The notes under the pieces were generated by a model, which was given only the letters and a program-made list of their open reading frames with translations, did no database searches and was not told the origin of the DNA. From NCBI GenBank assembly GCA_051453625.1, contig JBOZIK010000001.1, positions 4,555,481 through 4,593,375 of the forward strand: 37,895 bases of DNA, read 5' to 3'. Shown here piece by piece: positions 13,900 through 26,275 of this stretch; positions within the stretch are counted from its first letter, which is position 1; each line of letters opens with the position of its first letter. This stretch comes from Welwitschia mirabilis. Lineage: Eukaryota. The translations under genes and the position numbers were made by a program.

Positions 13900-15370
13900 C
13901 TTTAAGTTGGCCACATATATTCCTCTTCATTTAAGGCAAAGAGGCCCTCGACCTAGATGACTAAACGCTTGGAGAAGGTTCTTTTGCATATACGCTCTCT
14001 AAACAAGAGATGTTCTAGAAGCTTCTTCTATTTAAAGTACTCGTGAGTCTAGAATCCACACAAATACCTTTTTGTTTCAGATTTTACATCTCTCAAATAG
14101 GAGATTATTCCCTAAAACGCCCTCCTTGGCTCCTATCTAGAGGTTGTGTCGCACAACGTCCTTCCCACAATGCTTGCCTTCAGTTTTCAAGAATGACAAA
14201 TACTAATAACCTTGCCCACTCAGTTACCAAAGATTTCTCGACTAATTGTATTATTGTTATCCCAGCTTCCTTGTAAGGCCTTTTTAGTGGACATTGGGTT
14301 TTGCATAATAGAACAAAAAGATACTCCCCTAGTAACTACTATTCTATTTATTTTAATTAAATCCTTACTTTCCCATCACATCCTTTCACTTAACCTTACT
14401 TCCATTCTGTTCCTGAAATAAAAAATACAATGATAAACAAATTAGAAATTATGAATTCTATAAAAAAGACTTTGCTTGGAAAAAGTGGCACTATGTCCCC
14501 CTCACAAAAAAAATGTTTTCTTTTTTATTTCCTTTGTTTTTGGTTTGGAAATAACAAAAACACAGAAAATAAATGGTCCTGATCCATCCAAAATCTTTTT
14601 TATAGCTGATGAATCTACATCCTTGTTTTTATGTCATTTATTCCTTGATAGACAAGTGACCCTCGTCTTCATCAATGTCTTCTCTTCTAAAAACCAGTAT
14701 TCAATACACTTTCTACACATAATAAAATCAACGTTTGATCTTTACTTCACATTAGTTTTTGAAATGTTTCTGTAAACCCACTTGTAAAGAAAAATACACA
14801 CATTTTTAAAAGTAGCTACACCACTTTTTTTTCCTCTTTTTGAAGGGAATATTTGTAAATCCAAAATCCATCCTTTATTTTGCAAGACCTCCTCAGTGAT
14901 ATCTTCAGAATTTATTACTAAGAGGGATGTCAATCCACTGCTCGATTCATCAAATCCCTTACCCCAACCTTCAAATGTCCTAGGTTATTAAGTTCTACCT
15001 AGGACTAAATACGTCTTTCTGAAAGTCAATGAGTTTTCTGGAATGTTAAACCTGAGGCAATGGGTCTTCTAGAAGATTTCCCACTATTTGATACAATTTT
15101 GTATGCTTTAGACTAACTAGAAAATTCCAATTGCCATCATTTATTTCATCTAGGAGATTCCACTTTTGTACTCACAGCCCCTAGTCTGATCATGCCACAT
15201 CTTCCAAGACACTCGGGACTAACGACCTCCCATGAAACAAGGGGTTCAACTATAGGTCTCAGATCCATGCAAGGGAAGGCAAAAGTTATAGACGTAAGAA
15301 ATACAGGTTCATAGGTGAGTGTAAGTGAGGTTGCAATGACAATAAAAAGAGTCTTAATTGGATTCATTAA
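13900..15370 (-). mobile_element. Decayed L1 LINE ORF1-like region
   Basis: Minus ORF piece EEVLQNKGWILDLQIF resembles the DUF4283 motif VL..GPW.FD of plant L1 ORF1; frame broken. Confidence 0.45.
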
Positions 15371-15809
15371 TACTTAATTCAGTTAATATAAAATAAAATT
15401 AAAACTTAAGGACTTTAATTCACAAGTATGATGTAGTAAAAATGGCATCAATCGATCTTCGGTTTACATGTCACAAAGAAAGAATATACATCTTTATCTG
15501 CACTACATAAATCTTGTTAACACCACCTCATTTTATACAACTATATTTCCTCTTTCTGACTTTAGTAATAAAATGAAAACAATAATAAGCAACATATTGC
15601 TAAAAGTATCCAAACGGGTCTTCCACCCTTAAAGTTGATTATCTCTTAGTCTACATTGCTCAAAGGCCAAGACTTTCACTTCGAATACCAAAATAATTCC
15701 GTACATCAAAGTGACGATAATGCCACTCAGAATCTAAATTAGAAGACAATGTTTTGGTTTATCTTAGAAACCTCACATGATCAACCCTTTTATTTCTTTA
15801 AGATAATGA

Positions 15810-16000
15810 TTTTTAGAAAACTGTATCACTCACTCCACTAAGTCACTAGTTTGCTTAACCGAATGAAAACCAATTGATGACCCACCAAGTGCACCTTGAA
15901 TACATGGGTAGAACCACAAGCCAACCTGCACAATATAAGAGTCAGACCTGGAAACTTGAATCTCACCAATTATAACTATGGGTTGAACCAACTACACTAT
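15810..16000 (-). mobile_element. tRNA-derived SINE-like element, copy 2 (internally shorter)
   Basis: Minus strand begins atagtgtagttggttcaacc (A-box-like TAGTGTAGTTGG), with B-box-like ggtctgactct at 15948-15938. Homologous to 9835-10110 but lacks about 70 bp of the middle. Confidence 0.6.
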
Positions 16001-16594
16001 GTACAGGATTCCTAACATAATCACCTTTAAGGCAGAAACAATAAAGTTAATTTTTTATGAACAAGCAAAAATTATGTCTATATGAATGTCAATCATGCCA
16101 AAATTTATGACCATATTACCTAGGGCTCTACATTTTCCTAATGATCCCACATAGTCAATACCAACAAAAATTCCAGCAAAAAGATACAAGAACTCAATGG
16201 GAAAGGATGTATTCTACTTTACTGTATTTGTGAAATCCAAATTTGACAAAATGATAGAAATCATGAATGAATCATAAGCCATGCAGTGTATTAAGTTCAT
16301 GTATATCATCAAAAGAAGAGATCTCTTTTCAATAGACTCGTCACAGAAAAATCATGAGAAAATCACAAGGAAATGCAGTGGTAACGTAGTACATCCTATC
16401 AAAAGGAAATGATTTTAGCTTACATAGGCAAGGATAACAGAATTTCTGCAACTTTAAAATGAGAGAGAGTACAATTTTGATGAAAAATCAGAAACCCACC
16501 CATCATGAATCATTTAGCATTGAAATAGCCACACAGCACTTTCTTTATTTATCATTGAAGCATTGGAAAGGAGTATGCATGAGGTGGCTTTCTG

Positions 16595-17156
16595 CTAGCT
16601 TTACTGTCAAATTATAATTCATTACATCCATGCAGAATGGGGTATCTCCCATTAAACACCAAGTATTGTTTGGACCAACTGAGGTATTTCCAATACATAA
16701 ATAGGATCTAAAACTATGAGGTGGCTTTCTGCTTGAATGCCATTGCCTCGTCCATCAATGTCCAGATATTCATAAGACAATGCAGAGAATCATCTCTGCG
16801 TTTAACCAACAAGCATCATTATCCACAGTTCACTTTAAGCATAGAGTTGCAAACTTTTTATAACAAGCTGTCTAGAGTTGCAAACTTTTTTATAACAAGT
16901 TGTCTAACAATAGCCTCGATATACTTCTAATGTGGCCATAAGAACCACTAGGGGATGTGAACTCACCTCCGTACCCAACATGTAAGGGTCCAAAATTCTT
17001 ATTTGACATTAATCAATAACTAGGTAGAAACATCTAGCTTTACTGTCAAATTATAATTCGTTACATCCATGCAGAATGGGGTATCTCCCATTAAAGACCA
17101 AGGATTGTTTGGACCAACTGAGTTATTTCCAATACATAAATAGGATCTAAAACTAT
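16595..17156. repeat. 123-bp dispersed direct repeat (16595-16717 and 17034-17156)
   Basis: Both copies run ctagctttactgtcaaattataattc...ataggatctaaaactat with 4 mismatches; the first copy is flanked by an 18-bp direct repeat. Confidence 0.95.
16842..16903. repeat. 31-bp tandem duplication
   Basis: tagagttgcaaactttttataacaag(c/t)tgtc twice. Confidence 0.9.
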
Positions 17157-17648
17157 TACAAACTAAGATGTTCGTAGCTAACAATTAATCTTGAACACAA
17201 TTAAATGTGATTCGATGTAACTTGTGAGAGGAATCATTCTGCATTGGAAAAATTGAGAAGGAATAACTGTCCATGCTTTGAACTGAGATGGATTCGTCAG
17301 AAATACAAATTATAAAGCAGTGCTCACTAATCCTAGAAGCGAGTGTACTTTACTACCGCATAAGAAAAACCAGTTATAAAACAGCCATGCAACTGGAAGA
17401 ACAATGCTTGGGAAAAACAGATTATGTTTTATACCAAATCCCAGCAAACTTTCAAGATTGAAACGTGCACTGGATTCCATTATGAAAATGGTACTTTGAT
17501 GCATATGCCTTAGCATAAACGGATTTGTTCAGCTTATATACACTCATTCCAGGCACGAAAACAGTTTGCTTTCTGAAATCTCATATTCCCTGTATTCCAC
17601 TGCAAGGCTGGAGAATGCGAACAAGCATATAATAAAACTACCCAAGTG

Positions 17649-17939
17649 TTAGTAGTTATTGTTCCAATTTAGTTGACCTGCCTGTGAATGTTGGTAACTG
17701 GCTGTTTGAGGATTGTCACTCCCGGCTGCTGCCAACTGCTCTGACTGCTGAAGTAGTTGTGGAGAGTTTTGAGTCATCCCGGACTGTGCAGGATGGTAAA
17801 TTCCAGCATACGCAGCATGCCCAGATTGTGCTGGTGCAAAGGCCATGTTCTGCCCTTGTGCAGACAAACTATAATATGAGCTGGACTGAAGGCCAGAAAT
17901 ATTTTGGGGGGTACGAAACCAGAAAGCAGGCCCGTCAAC
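17649..17939 (-). CDS. GIP1L: GBF-interacting protein 1-like (DUF1296 family), last exon
   Basis: Acceptor TTGACAG|GTTGAC; 291 bp ending in TAA at 17649. Translates VDGPAFWFRTPQNISGLQSSSYYSLSAQGQNMAFAPAQSGHAAYAGIYHPAQ...QLNWNNNY*, the characteristic C-terminus (AGIYHPAQ ... INWPxNY). Confidence 0.92.
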   Translation of the reverse strand, partial: VDGPAFWFRTPQNISGLQSSSYYSLSAQGQNMAFAPAQSGHAAYAGIYHPAQSGMTQNSPQLLQQSEQLAAAGSDNPQTASYQHSQAGQLNWNNNY

Positions 17940-18027
17940 CTGTCAAATCGGATTTCAAAACTATATATTAGGCAATATGATTGCCATAGTTCTATACTGG
18001 ACATGAATAAAATACTGAATACGTAAC

Positions 18028-18525
18028 CTGCTGACTAGGAATATACAAGTTTGTTTCCTTATTTTCTTCAAAGCCAGCTCTGCTTCCTGCATTCGCTGGA
18101 CTCGAGGAAAAAGCTGAAGGTGGAGTGTTATAATTAGTATAGCCAATAGGAAATCCTGCTTGATTGGTATTACCACCGACTGCTATTGGTTTAAATTGAG
18201 ATAGTGAATATTTAACAGCAGCAGTTGCTGCTGATGGAAATGATGCACCAGAAGGCAATGGGAAATTACTAGCAGAAGAAGGCTGTGCATATCCAAAATT
18301 TCCTGCAAAGTTATTGATGGCAGGAGGAGAAAAGTATAGAGGTGATAGATATTGGTGAGCATAAGGAAAATAGGTATGAGGAAAATGAGATATATGCAAA
18401 CTGCTGGGTTGATGAAACAAATGCAGCTGCTGTTGAGGGAATGAAACAGTGGATGGAGCAATGCCTGCCATTTGTGTTCCTGGAGCCGTTGGAACTGCAG
18501 AAGATATGGATACAGAGCTTCCAAC
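18028..18525 (-). CDS. GIP1L: GBF-interacting protein 1-like (DUF1296 family), penultimate exon
   Basis: Acceptor TCACAG|GTTGGA, donor CAG|GTTACG; 498 bp, open, phase 0. Contains QQQLHLFHQPSSLHISHFPHTYFPY, AVKYSLSQFKP and KETNLYIPSQQ, matching the family motifs KYSLPQYKP and FKENNVY recalled from known members. Confidence 0.92.
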
Positions 18526-18619
18526 CTGTGATACTACTCCAGTCAGTTAATGCAGTTCAAACAATAGAACATACCATGACAAACAAATAAAGATACAAAG
18601 AATGTCCTCGTGTATATAC

Positions 18620-18772
18620 CTCCTGCGATGTTGGTACCCCTTGAGCAGATAGGAAACCTGTATTTCCAATATGTTTACTGACAGGACCCACACATGGAGA
18701 GAAGCGAGCATCACCATCAACAGGCTTTATAACTGTAGCGTAACTTGTTGAAGGATCATATGGTGGTTGTAC
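18620..18772 (-). CDS. GIP1L: GBF-interacting protein 1-like (DUF1296 family), third-to-last exon
   Basis: Minus strand: acceptor CTACAG|GTACAA at 18773/18772 and donor GAG|GTATAT at 18620/18619; 153 bp, phase 0. Translates VQPPYDPSTSYATVIKPVDGDARFSP...PTSQE, resembling the VQQPFDP..Y....DGR.SPF segment of plant GIP1-like proteins. Confidence 0.85.
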
Positions 18773-19229
18773 CTGTAGTGATGACATGTATAATCACAAT
18801 AAGAGGTATACAGAAAGGTAGAAAATATATACTTACATAAGCCACCAGATCTAACAAACCAGGGTAGAAGATTTATGAAATAGGAATAAAGCTCAAAATT
18901 AATACCCTTCTTACTAGGAAAAAAAACTTCTAGTAGAAATACTAACAAGTTCAAACATGTCCAATATTAGGTTAATAGATGTAAAGTGATACAAAGAATC
19001 AGAAATTGGGTAAAAAGTAAAAACACAAACAGAAAATACAACACACAAGGACAGAAGGATTTAGATGGTAAAGCACTTTCAACGCCCCTGAACTAAGAAC
19101 AACTAATTCATTTTAAAGACCAGGGGATAGGTGAGGTAGTGGCTCTGACAACTAGGAATAGTAATTCTATTCACTGTAGAAAGTGAATATCATACAGTGT
19201 ATCTCTGACACAAAGTCTTCAAACCAACA

Positions 19230-20000
19230 TTGCATTTTAATAATGCAAATGTTCATGGTGATTTTCTCACATTTTGTTTGTATTTTCTGCTTCTATAGTA
19301 GCTACAGTCACTAGAAACCTCCACCTACAATGGCCACTTGAATCAATATTGCCACCAATGTGTGAAGCAAATATTCATTGGGATCAACCATATACAGCCA
19401 GTTCATTCTAATTATTGGAATTAAATCAGATTTATTTTATGGTAAAAAAATATTTCATTTTAGAAAACAAAAAATATTTCATTTTAGAAAACAACCCCAA
19501 TTCATCTGCATTAGAAGAGAGAAGGCAAAGTGGATCCAAAATAAGCTGTTTAGCATTAAAAAATTAATTCACACTTCTGTCTTGATTCACTCATGTATAC
19601 CAACAACTTTCATAGCATCTTTTGTCTGCTGTAAATGCTTTCCTAAGTAAAAGGTGTGTCTTATCATTGTCAAATAATAACTGACCATTTCTGGTAAAAT
19701 CATTCAAATATTTTGAATGTTGATATTTAAGTCATCTAGATGGTTAACCGTTTTTAATGCTTCATGAAACATGCCATTCTCTGTTGTTTGCGTCAATATT
19801 GTCAATCGCCACAGATGCCAAATAATACATCCTTGGTAGTGAGCAAAATCCATCATTTGCCTAAAAAGATTTGGTAAAGTTAACAACCAGTGCTTCCACA
19901 TTGGTTGCATCCACAAGGATATTCCCAACCACCATAATATATCAGAAAAAGGCTTTCCTGATGCAGGGCAAGAAAAACTGTATTTTTTGCCCTACATTTT
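19230..20000 (-). mobile_element. L1 LINE 3' part (zf-RVT tail and RNase H-like domain)
   Basis: Minus strand FSCPASGKPFSDILWWLGISLW...IIWHLWR (19980-19800) and HIGGNIDSSG...TIEAE (~19365-19285) fit plant L1 zf-RVT and RNase H motifs. Continues across the copia insertion at 32109. Confidence 0.65.
19445..19492. repeat. 24-bp tandem duplication
   Basis: aaaaaatatttcattttagaaaac twice. Confidence 0.9.
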
Positions 20001-20300
20001 TGTTACAAATCTAATAACAAGAAAGTAGTAAAACAAAATGGAACACCAGGCACACAAAGGAACAACACAGAATTTATGTGGTTCGGCCTCTTTTTACCGT
20101 ACATCCACGAGAAGCAATGCAAAGCTCTATTGATTGATTAGGAGCAAATGTGTTCCAGATACAACAAATAACCCTTTAACATTTTATATAGCCTTAGGGT
20201 TAGGGTTACAAGTCATACCCCTTTTACAACTTTAAATAGGGGTCAATGTTGAAACATAACATTTCAACATAAACAATATATTTTGCTTCACATATCAACA
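20001..20300 (-). repeat. Copia 3' LTR
   Basis: TGTTACA...TCAACA termini; adjoined by aaacttcccctcac (minus strand GTGAGGGGAAGTTT, the PPT) at 20301-20314. Confidence 0.9.
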
Positions 20301-20593
20301 AAACTTCCCCTCACAAGTAGGAAAGCCGGTGTGAGGTCTAAGCATTACTGCTACACCCTTTCGGGTTTTCCGAGAATAATGCTACCAAGGAGCTTACTAA
20401 GGGCAAATGCCTCGCACTGAATAACCCCTAACTGAACTCCTGAAACCCTTGTGAGGCCTAGCACATGGAAGACACGCCAAATCAAGGTGAGAAACGCACC
20501 TCCACCTATCGCCAAGCACTCCAAAGACAAACCCTAGCAGCTCTGCTCCTCTTTCCTCTGCTCTTAGATCTTCTTTATCTTTATTTTTTAATC

Positions 20594-21160
20594 ATGTATG
20601 ACTGGCACATAATTAAAAGGCTTTAGATCTCTTAGGATATTTAAAAAAATAATTATTTTATTCATCACTCATTGGATAGTTACAAAGTTCGTCATGAGGC
20701 TTTGATCTGGCTCCTCTACCAAAGGAAATTTCGGACTGATGCTAGAGAGCTGGCTTGGAGAGATATTGCTAGGGGCCCTATGCGATTAGCGCCTGCTGTG
20801 GATTCCCCACAGTATACTGAGAGTGAAGAGGAGTGTGGCCTCCCTACGCCAACTGGAAGAGCTTCAGACGCACCAAAAGAGTCTGAACACGAACAAAAAG
20901 AAGATACAGAGCAGCAAATGGAGGAACATCCGGATTATGGCAAAGAAGAGGAAGCAATGGAACCAATTCCTATGGCAAAAATTCGCTCTGAAACCTATGG
21001 CCCTAATGATTATCGTTTTGTTGTTAATCATTATGGATATGCTAGCCTTGAACCTATGTCTGCTTGGAAGTGGGAATCCGAGCTTACCAAATTAGATGCT
21101 TGGGTATGGGGATTTGAATACCAGAGCGATCATTACTGTGCTTGGAAATCCACCTTCTAA
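20594..21160 (+). pseudogene. Antisense ORF of unknown function in the copia 3' region (open 20672-21160)
   Basis: 162 open codons with an acidic centre and a Trp/Tyr-rich C-terminus. The same frame extends to ATG 20594 through three stops (TAG, TAG, TAA). Confidence 0.5.
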
Positions 21161-23366
21161 ATCACTCTACTGTTGGTTTTAGTTGTCTAATATATTTATC
21201 ATTTCTCAAAAAAAAAGAATATTATTTTATGTTAAAACAACAACATCAGACTTGTTAGTGTCAATCAGTGACCTATACTTCACAGCACATCTCAGGAGGT
21301 CTATGCGGACCCTAGACTTATTGCTCATCACGACAATCAGACATATCATCATTGCCTCATGTCCTGTATTATGAGGTCTAATTGACATCCTCATAGTTCA
21401 AGGGCATGATCTACATGTTCACAGCCCCATCTGTTTCTGCTAGACTCTGCCAATTGCCCTATAGGACATCTTAGCAAGATCTGAAGACTTCTCATGTTAT
21501 TTTGTAGAGTCAACCCCTCCAGAATCTAAATCTAAAGTCTTCTCTCTCTTTATGAGCTTTTACTTGCAACACATGAACATAACAAATAGGTAATGCTCTA
21601 ACATTGTAGGTTAAATGGTCTACATTCCTGAAGAAGCAGACATATTGTATCATCCAATTCCACTGTCTATGTGAGAACAGCCTTCATACAAGTTGTGGCC
21701 ATATAGTGCAGTCGGGTACATTAAATTGATCCATATGTTTTCATGATCAGTGACAAAAAAAAAAATGTGTATAACAGTAATTCTCCTGTTTTACTTATCA
21801 TTTTTGTAAATTCGTAAATTCCACCCACATGATACTCCATATCAATGACATAGTTATAAAGTAGCAACATTTGGCTCCATACGTAGGACTCTAAAAAATA
21901 AGGTTGAGTCTGTTTAAATTCCAGTTAGCTAAGTTGCTTAGGTGTCATGTCTAGTTGGAGTTTGGTTGAAAGAAATGAAGAGGTTTCGCTTTCCTTTGTC
22001 ATTGCTTTATGATAAGTTGCTAGCACACATTTGTCAGCTTTAGTTATTATAATCTAACATTGATTTTTGTTGGACCAGTCAGATCAGATGAAAAATTATG
22101 ATGAAGGTTGACTGCTCTACAGTGTCTTGAGTTGGAATCCCTTATGCAATCCCTAGATTGCACACTCAGNNNNNNNNNNCAATTTAAAAATGCATCTCTA
22201 TAAATTGATGTCACAAGTACACAGGAGGGTTAATATTCACTGTAACAGGTTTTTAGTTCCTTCTCAATGACCTAGATTCTCCCGTGATTGTTACCACATC
22301 ATTGATATTTTCCACATTAAACCTCTACTATGTGTTAGCCTTTACACTGATTTCTTCATTTTGGATTATCTCTGCAATATCTCACTTCTGATCTCCCAGT
22401 GAATGCATGTCACACTAGAGAAGGGAATTTGCAGATTAACTACGATCCATTGGTGTCAGAGCTTAGTGAATGGACTTGACATAAGGCAAGGATTCTGGTT
22501 CTACTATCTACCAGTTTGTCAGGCCTTAGATATGACCATTGCCTTTACACTCGTAGGGATATCAGGCAGGTAATCAATGTTAGAAAGAGTCTCACTTCTG
22601 TTGGACGACAATATGATGTGGGTTGTCATTCTATCCAGCAACAGTACATGAAAGACTAACAAAGGATCTATAGCTTTTTTAGACATCAAATACCTAAGCA
22701 TAGAGAGTTAAGGCTCAAACACTGAACAACAATAACACAAGAAAGGGTCTGTCCGTCTGTGTTGAAATCAAAAGGCCCTACTAAGTGTTCTACTACTGAG
22801 ATTGTGTGACAAAGTCATACCTATACTATAAGAAAGCAATACAGGGTAGTTTTCTAAGAGAGTCTCAAGGCCCCTGATTTGTTCAGCTGATTGGCAATTA
22901 CTTAAAGAAATCTTTTAGATAAAATCAGACAGTTTCACTGTATTTAAAAACTGTATATCTACAGCCAAAAATGTTTAACAACTTAGCATTCCTAAATTAG
23001 GTGCCTGCTTACAAACAATTAAAGTGAACTCCACATTCTATTATTTAAAGTCAGTACAGATTTGTCAAAACGACACGAAAAGGGAACTACACTTCTGAGA
23101 ACACTAATGGATTGGCATGAAGCAGAAACAGAGCCATTCTCCATCAGTTGTCAATACTTTATTTAAGAATGGTGAAGTTGTTTTAGAATATGGCTGCAAA
23201 ATGGTAACACACTTAGTCAATAGATGGCCTAGTGGTACTTCAGATTGGCACATTCCAGAACAGCAATGGAGTGCATCAGTTCACATACAATCACCACAGG
23301 AAGTTTAACTGTGAAGCATATATCTTGCTGGCTGAAAAGGAACAAGTCTGACTGTTCTGGCAATAA

Positions 23367-23750
23367 TGAAGATTGTACCACCTGTGGTTTGCAGGGATTC
23401 CAAAACAAGACACAGAAACATGAAAATGGGTAAGTGTTTGGGAACATGTATTTTTAGGATATGCCTAAGGAATAGAAAATATGCATATTTAAAAAAACAC
23501 GATTTAATATTTTTATGATTGAAATGGTTTTGTATCAATGTATCATATATGTCAAACTTAACAAAGATCATGAAGTGTTCCCTTTGGGTTGTGATGAAGA
23601 TCTTAGTGCCCATGCTTTGCGAACATTCTGAAACAAGACACAGAAACATGGAAATGAATTTGCAAACATGTTTGGGGATACTTGGTGCTTTTAAAAAATG
23701 TATATTTATTACTTTTAATATTTTTATGATTAAAATTATTTTATATTCAA
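23367..23750. repeat. Diverged ~227-bp tandem duplication, MITE/hAT-end-like
   Basis: Both units (from 23367 and 23594) contain atgaagat...aaacaagacacagaaacatg...ttaatattttt?atgatt. Confidence 0.55.
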
Positions 23751-25169
23751 TGTGCACCGAGGTGTGGGCTTCAACATCTTGGGTATGGTTCACAGGTGAG
23801 ACTTGGCTAGCTGCCAAGCCAGAGGTGGGGACAATGGATGAGTTCTCACTCAGCAAAGCAAACCAACGACACAGGCGCTCTGTTTTTAAAGGGTGACATG
23901 TCCCCCAATAAATATTTTAGGAAAAAGTCAGCATTGAGGTAACTTTTTCAGACGATTTTTTCAAAATGAGTTTTCTGCCCGACATTTTCAGAGAAAGCTG
24001 CAACATTTTTGGGACAAGTAATCATAAAAACGCGTGAAAGAAAGAAACACGCCACAGAATTACAGATACACACGTGAAAGAAGGAAATCAACAGAGATAC
24101 GGGAGAAACACACCAGAAAGGCAAAAACACAGACAGGATCACAGAAACAAATGCGCCAATAGGAGGTGTGGTCATTAAGCCAATCTTCAATATCAATGTA
24201 ATATTATAATTGAATTTGTTTTCATTTTGTTTTTCATTTGCTTGTTAATACTTAGTACGTTGTAGTCTGTTGCAGTTCTATCGATCATTTCTCTTAATAA
24301 TCACAACTTCCTTGTAGACATCTAGAACATGTTTTGGTGTTACAGATTGATCCTTCATTGTGCTTCCTTTTGAAGGCTATTTTGGCTAGAAAGAACTGTC
24401 AATAAAAGTAATCATATCAATATATAACAAATGCTTAGCAAATGCAATTCCAGTTATGTAATTGAAGAACCAATTATGTAGCTTGCACCCATAGAAATTT
24501 CTATTGAAGCGTCTTCCATTGATAATCTTAAAACAAGCAAAAACTAAGAACAGTTTAGTGTGTATAACTGTCCACTTTCACAACATAATAAGCATTGTGC
24601 AATTAACGCTCACTCCAAACAATTTTCTTCATACTATGTATTATGCTACTTATCGCTAGTATTTATTTTCTCAGGGGAACTTCAATTTCAATTTTCAATA
24701 ATGTTTGCCTTTTATTTATACTTTACATTTTGTAAATTTAATTTATTATATTTCATTGTAAATCCCAAATCAACATGCAACATTCTTGGGCATCGCACAT
24801 GTCCTAACATCTTAGACATAGGCACATGCTATTTGTAAGTCTGACTCTGAGTTTAGTTTGTTATTTCGATGGTCTCAAGTTTCTGCCCAAACATATAGGT
24901 TGAAGGGTTAAGGGGGAATTTAAAAGCCATAATCTTAAACATAGAAATGGTTAAAATGAAAAGATAAATAATAATAAAAATTACAGCTAAAAAAATGAAA
25001 TATAATGTTTGGTTTGCCATAAGCCCTTAACATTCTTCTTTTTTGAAAAATTGATTAACTTTGTCACATTCTACTATTTAATATTTTTAGTTATACAATA
25101 CATATTTACTTTTGAAGAAAAATGTTTTATTTCCAGTTTCCTATTTTAGAATAATTCTCTTATAGAATA

Positions 25170-26275
25170 TGTTACAAGGATCAGCCCTACAAGGGGGTGA
25201 ATAGGGTAATAATAAGTGTGAAACAAACTCAAAAATAAACCTGCATTAAAATACCATTCAAATAAAAACAAGCAGATAAATAGATTCAACAATACACCAG
25301 AACTCATGTGGATATTTTTGTTATTAGCGGTTTGTAACCACTCTTCACCTAACAGACCAGGTGTCTTCAGCTCGATTCTATTATTCCACTATATGGTTTT
25401 CCGGAGTCACCTTACAACCTTTTCACAGTCAAGGGTTTTTAGGGCAAAACCAAAAACTTTGCAGAGAAGCAGAAGAGGAATGTCAGATGTGCAAAGCTGC
25501 ACTAAGTCACTCCAGGTTCAACTCAAGAAGAATAGCTCCTTAAGCTTGATGGTAGAATGCTGGCTTGAAGAAAATAACTACAGATCAGACAGACAAAGCT
25601 TAGCCCTAAAGGCTTTCTACAACCAGAGTGTTTTTGCACCAGAGAAAATCTTACAATTGAAGGAACAAACTTACAAGCAAGGTTTCAAGTTATTTAAGAT
25701 ACTGGGGTTTCTAACAGATTTGTAATCAATGTGTGATCTCCAGTCCCCTACACTTTTCTTCAAAATAAGTGAAGTCCGCTAATGTTCACAAAGTTCAAAT
25801 GATTAGTTATTCAATCAGCCTCACACAATATTCAGTCAACCTGATGAGTATGTTACAATCAATGTAAAAGGATTTGGTCGCCCTCACAAGAGATTCAGTC
25901 GCCTTAAAAGATTCAGTTTGCAAGTCCAAAAGACAGCTGGTTTGGATCCAATCGACCTCAAAAAATGTGAGGTTGCTCTCAAAAACTCCGGTCACCCTCA
26001 GAAAATGTCTGGTCACCCTCAGAAGAATAGGTTTTGCTGAAAGAAAATCAGCTGAATTGAGTCCAATCGGCCTCATAAAAATGAGGTTGCCCATAGCTAG
26101 GTTACCCTTAGAAATTGTCCAGTCGCCCTCAGAACAAGCAGCTTTTGACAGGATGAAGCGAAAACTTTAAGTTGCCCTTAGCAAACACCTACCCAGCCTA
26201 ACCTAAAACACAACTTAGAAAAACACCAAAAAACACTTTTGAAAAGGGGCATCAATGAAAAAACTATTTCCAACA
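25170..26275 (-). mobile_element. Solo LTR (~1.1 kb), SIRE/Sirevirus-like
   Basis: TGTTAC...CCAACA termini; flanks gaata/aaata (4 of 5). agggggtgaatagg near the left end, as seen at copia/SIRE LTR ends; repeated gtcgccct/ggtcaccctcagaa motifs; no PBS or PPT adjacent. Confidence 0.75.

Noticed and set aside
16595-17156. 123-bp direct repeats as LTRs of a small element or a CRISPR-like array
   Set aside because: No TG..CA ends, PBS or PPT; only two copies; eukaryotic context.
22230-22750. Possible LINE RT scrap on the minus strand
   Set aside because: Only vague DPL and YLPD resemblances; too weak to list as a feature.
23740-23856. Minus-strand SENSSIVPTSGLAASQVSP... as a possible upstream GIP1-like exon
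   Set aside because: No convincing splice sites or family motif; it lies in MITE-like sequence.
25306-26170. ORFs of 60-139 aa
   Set aside because: They lie inside the solo LTR and its repeated motifs; no protein similarity recognised.
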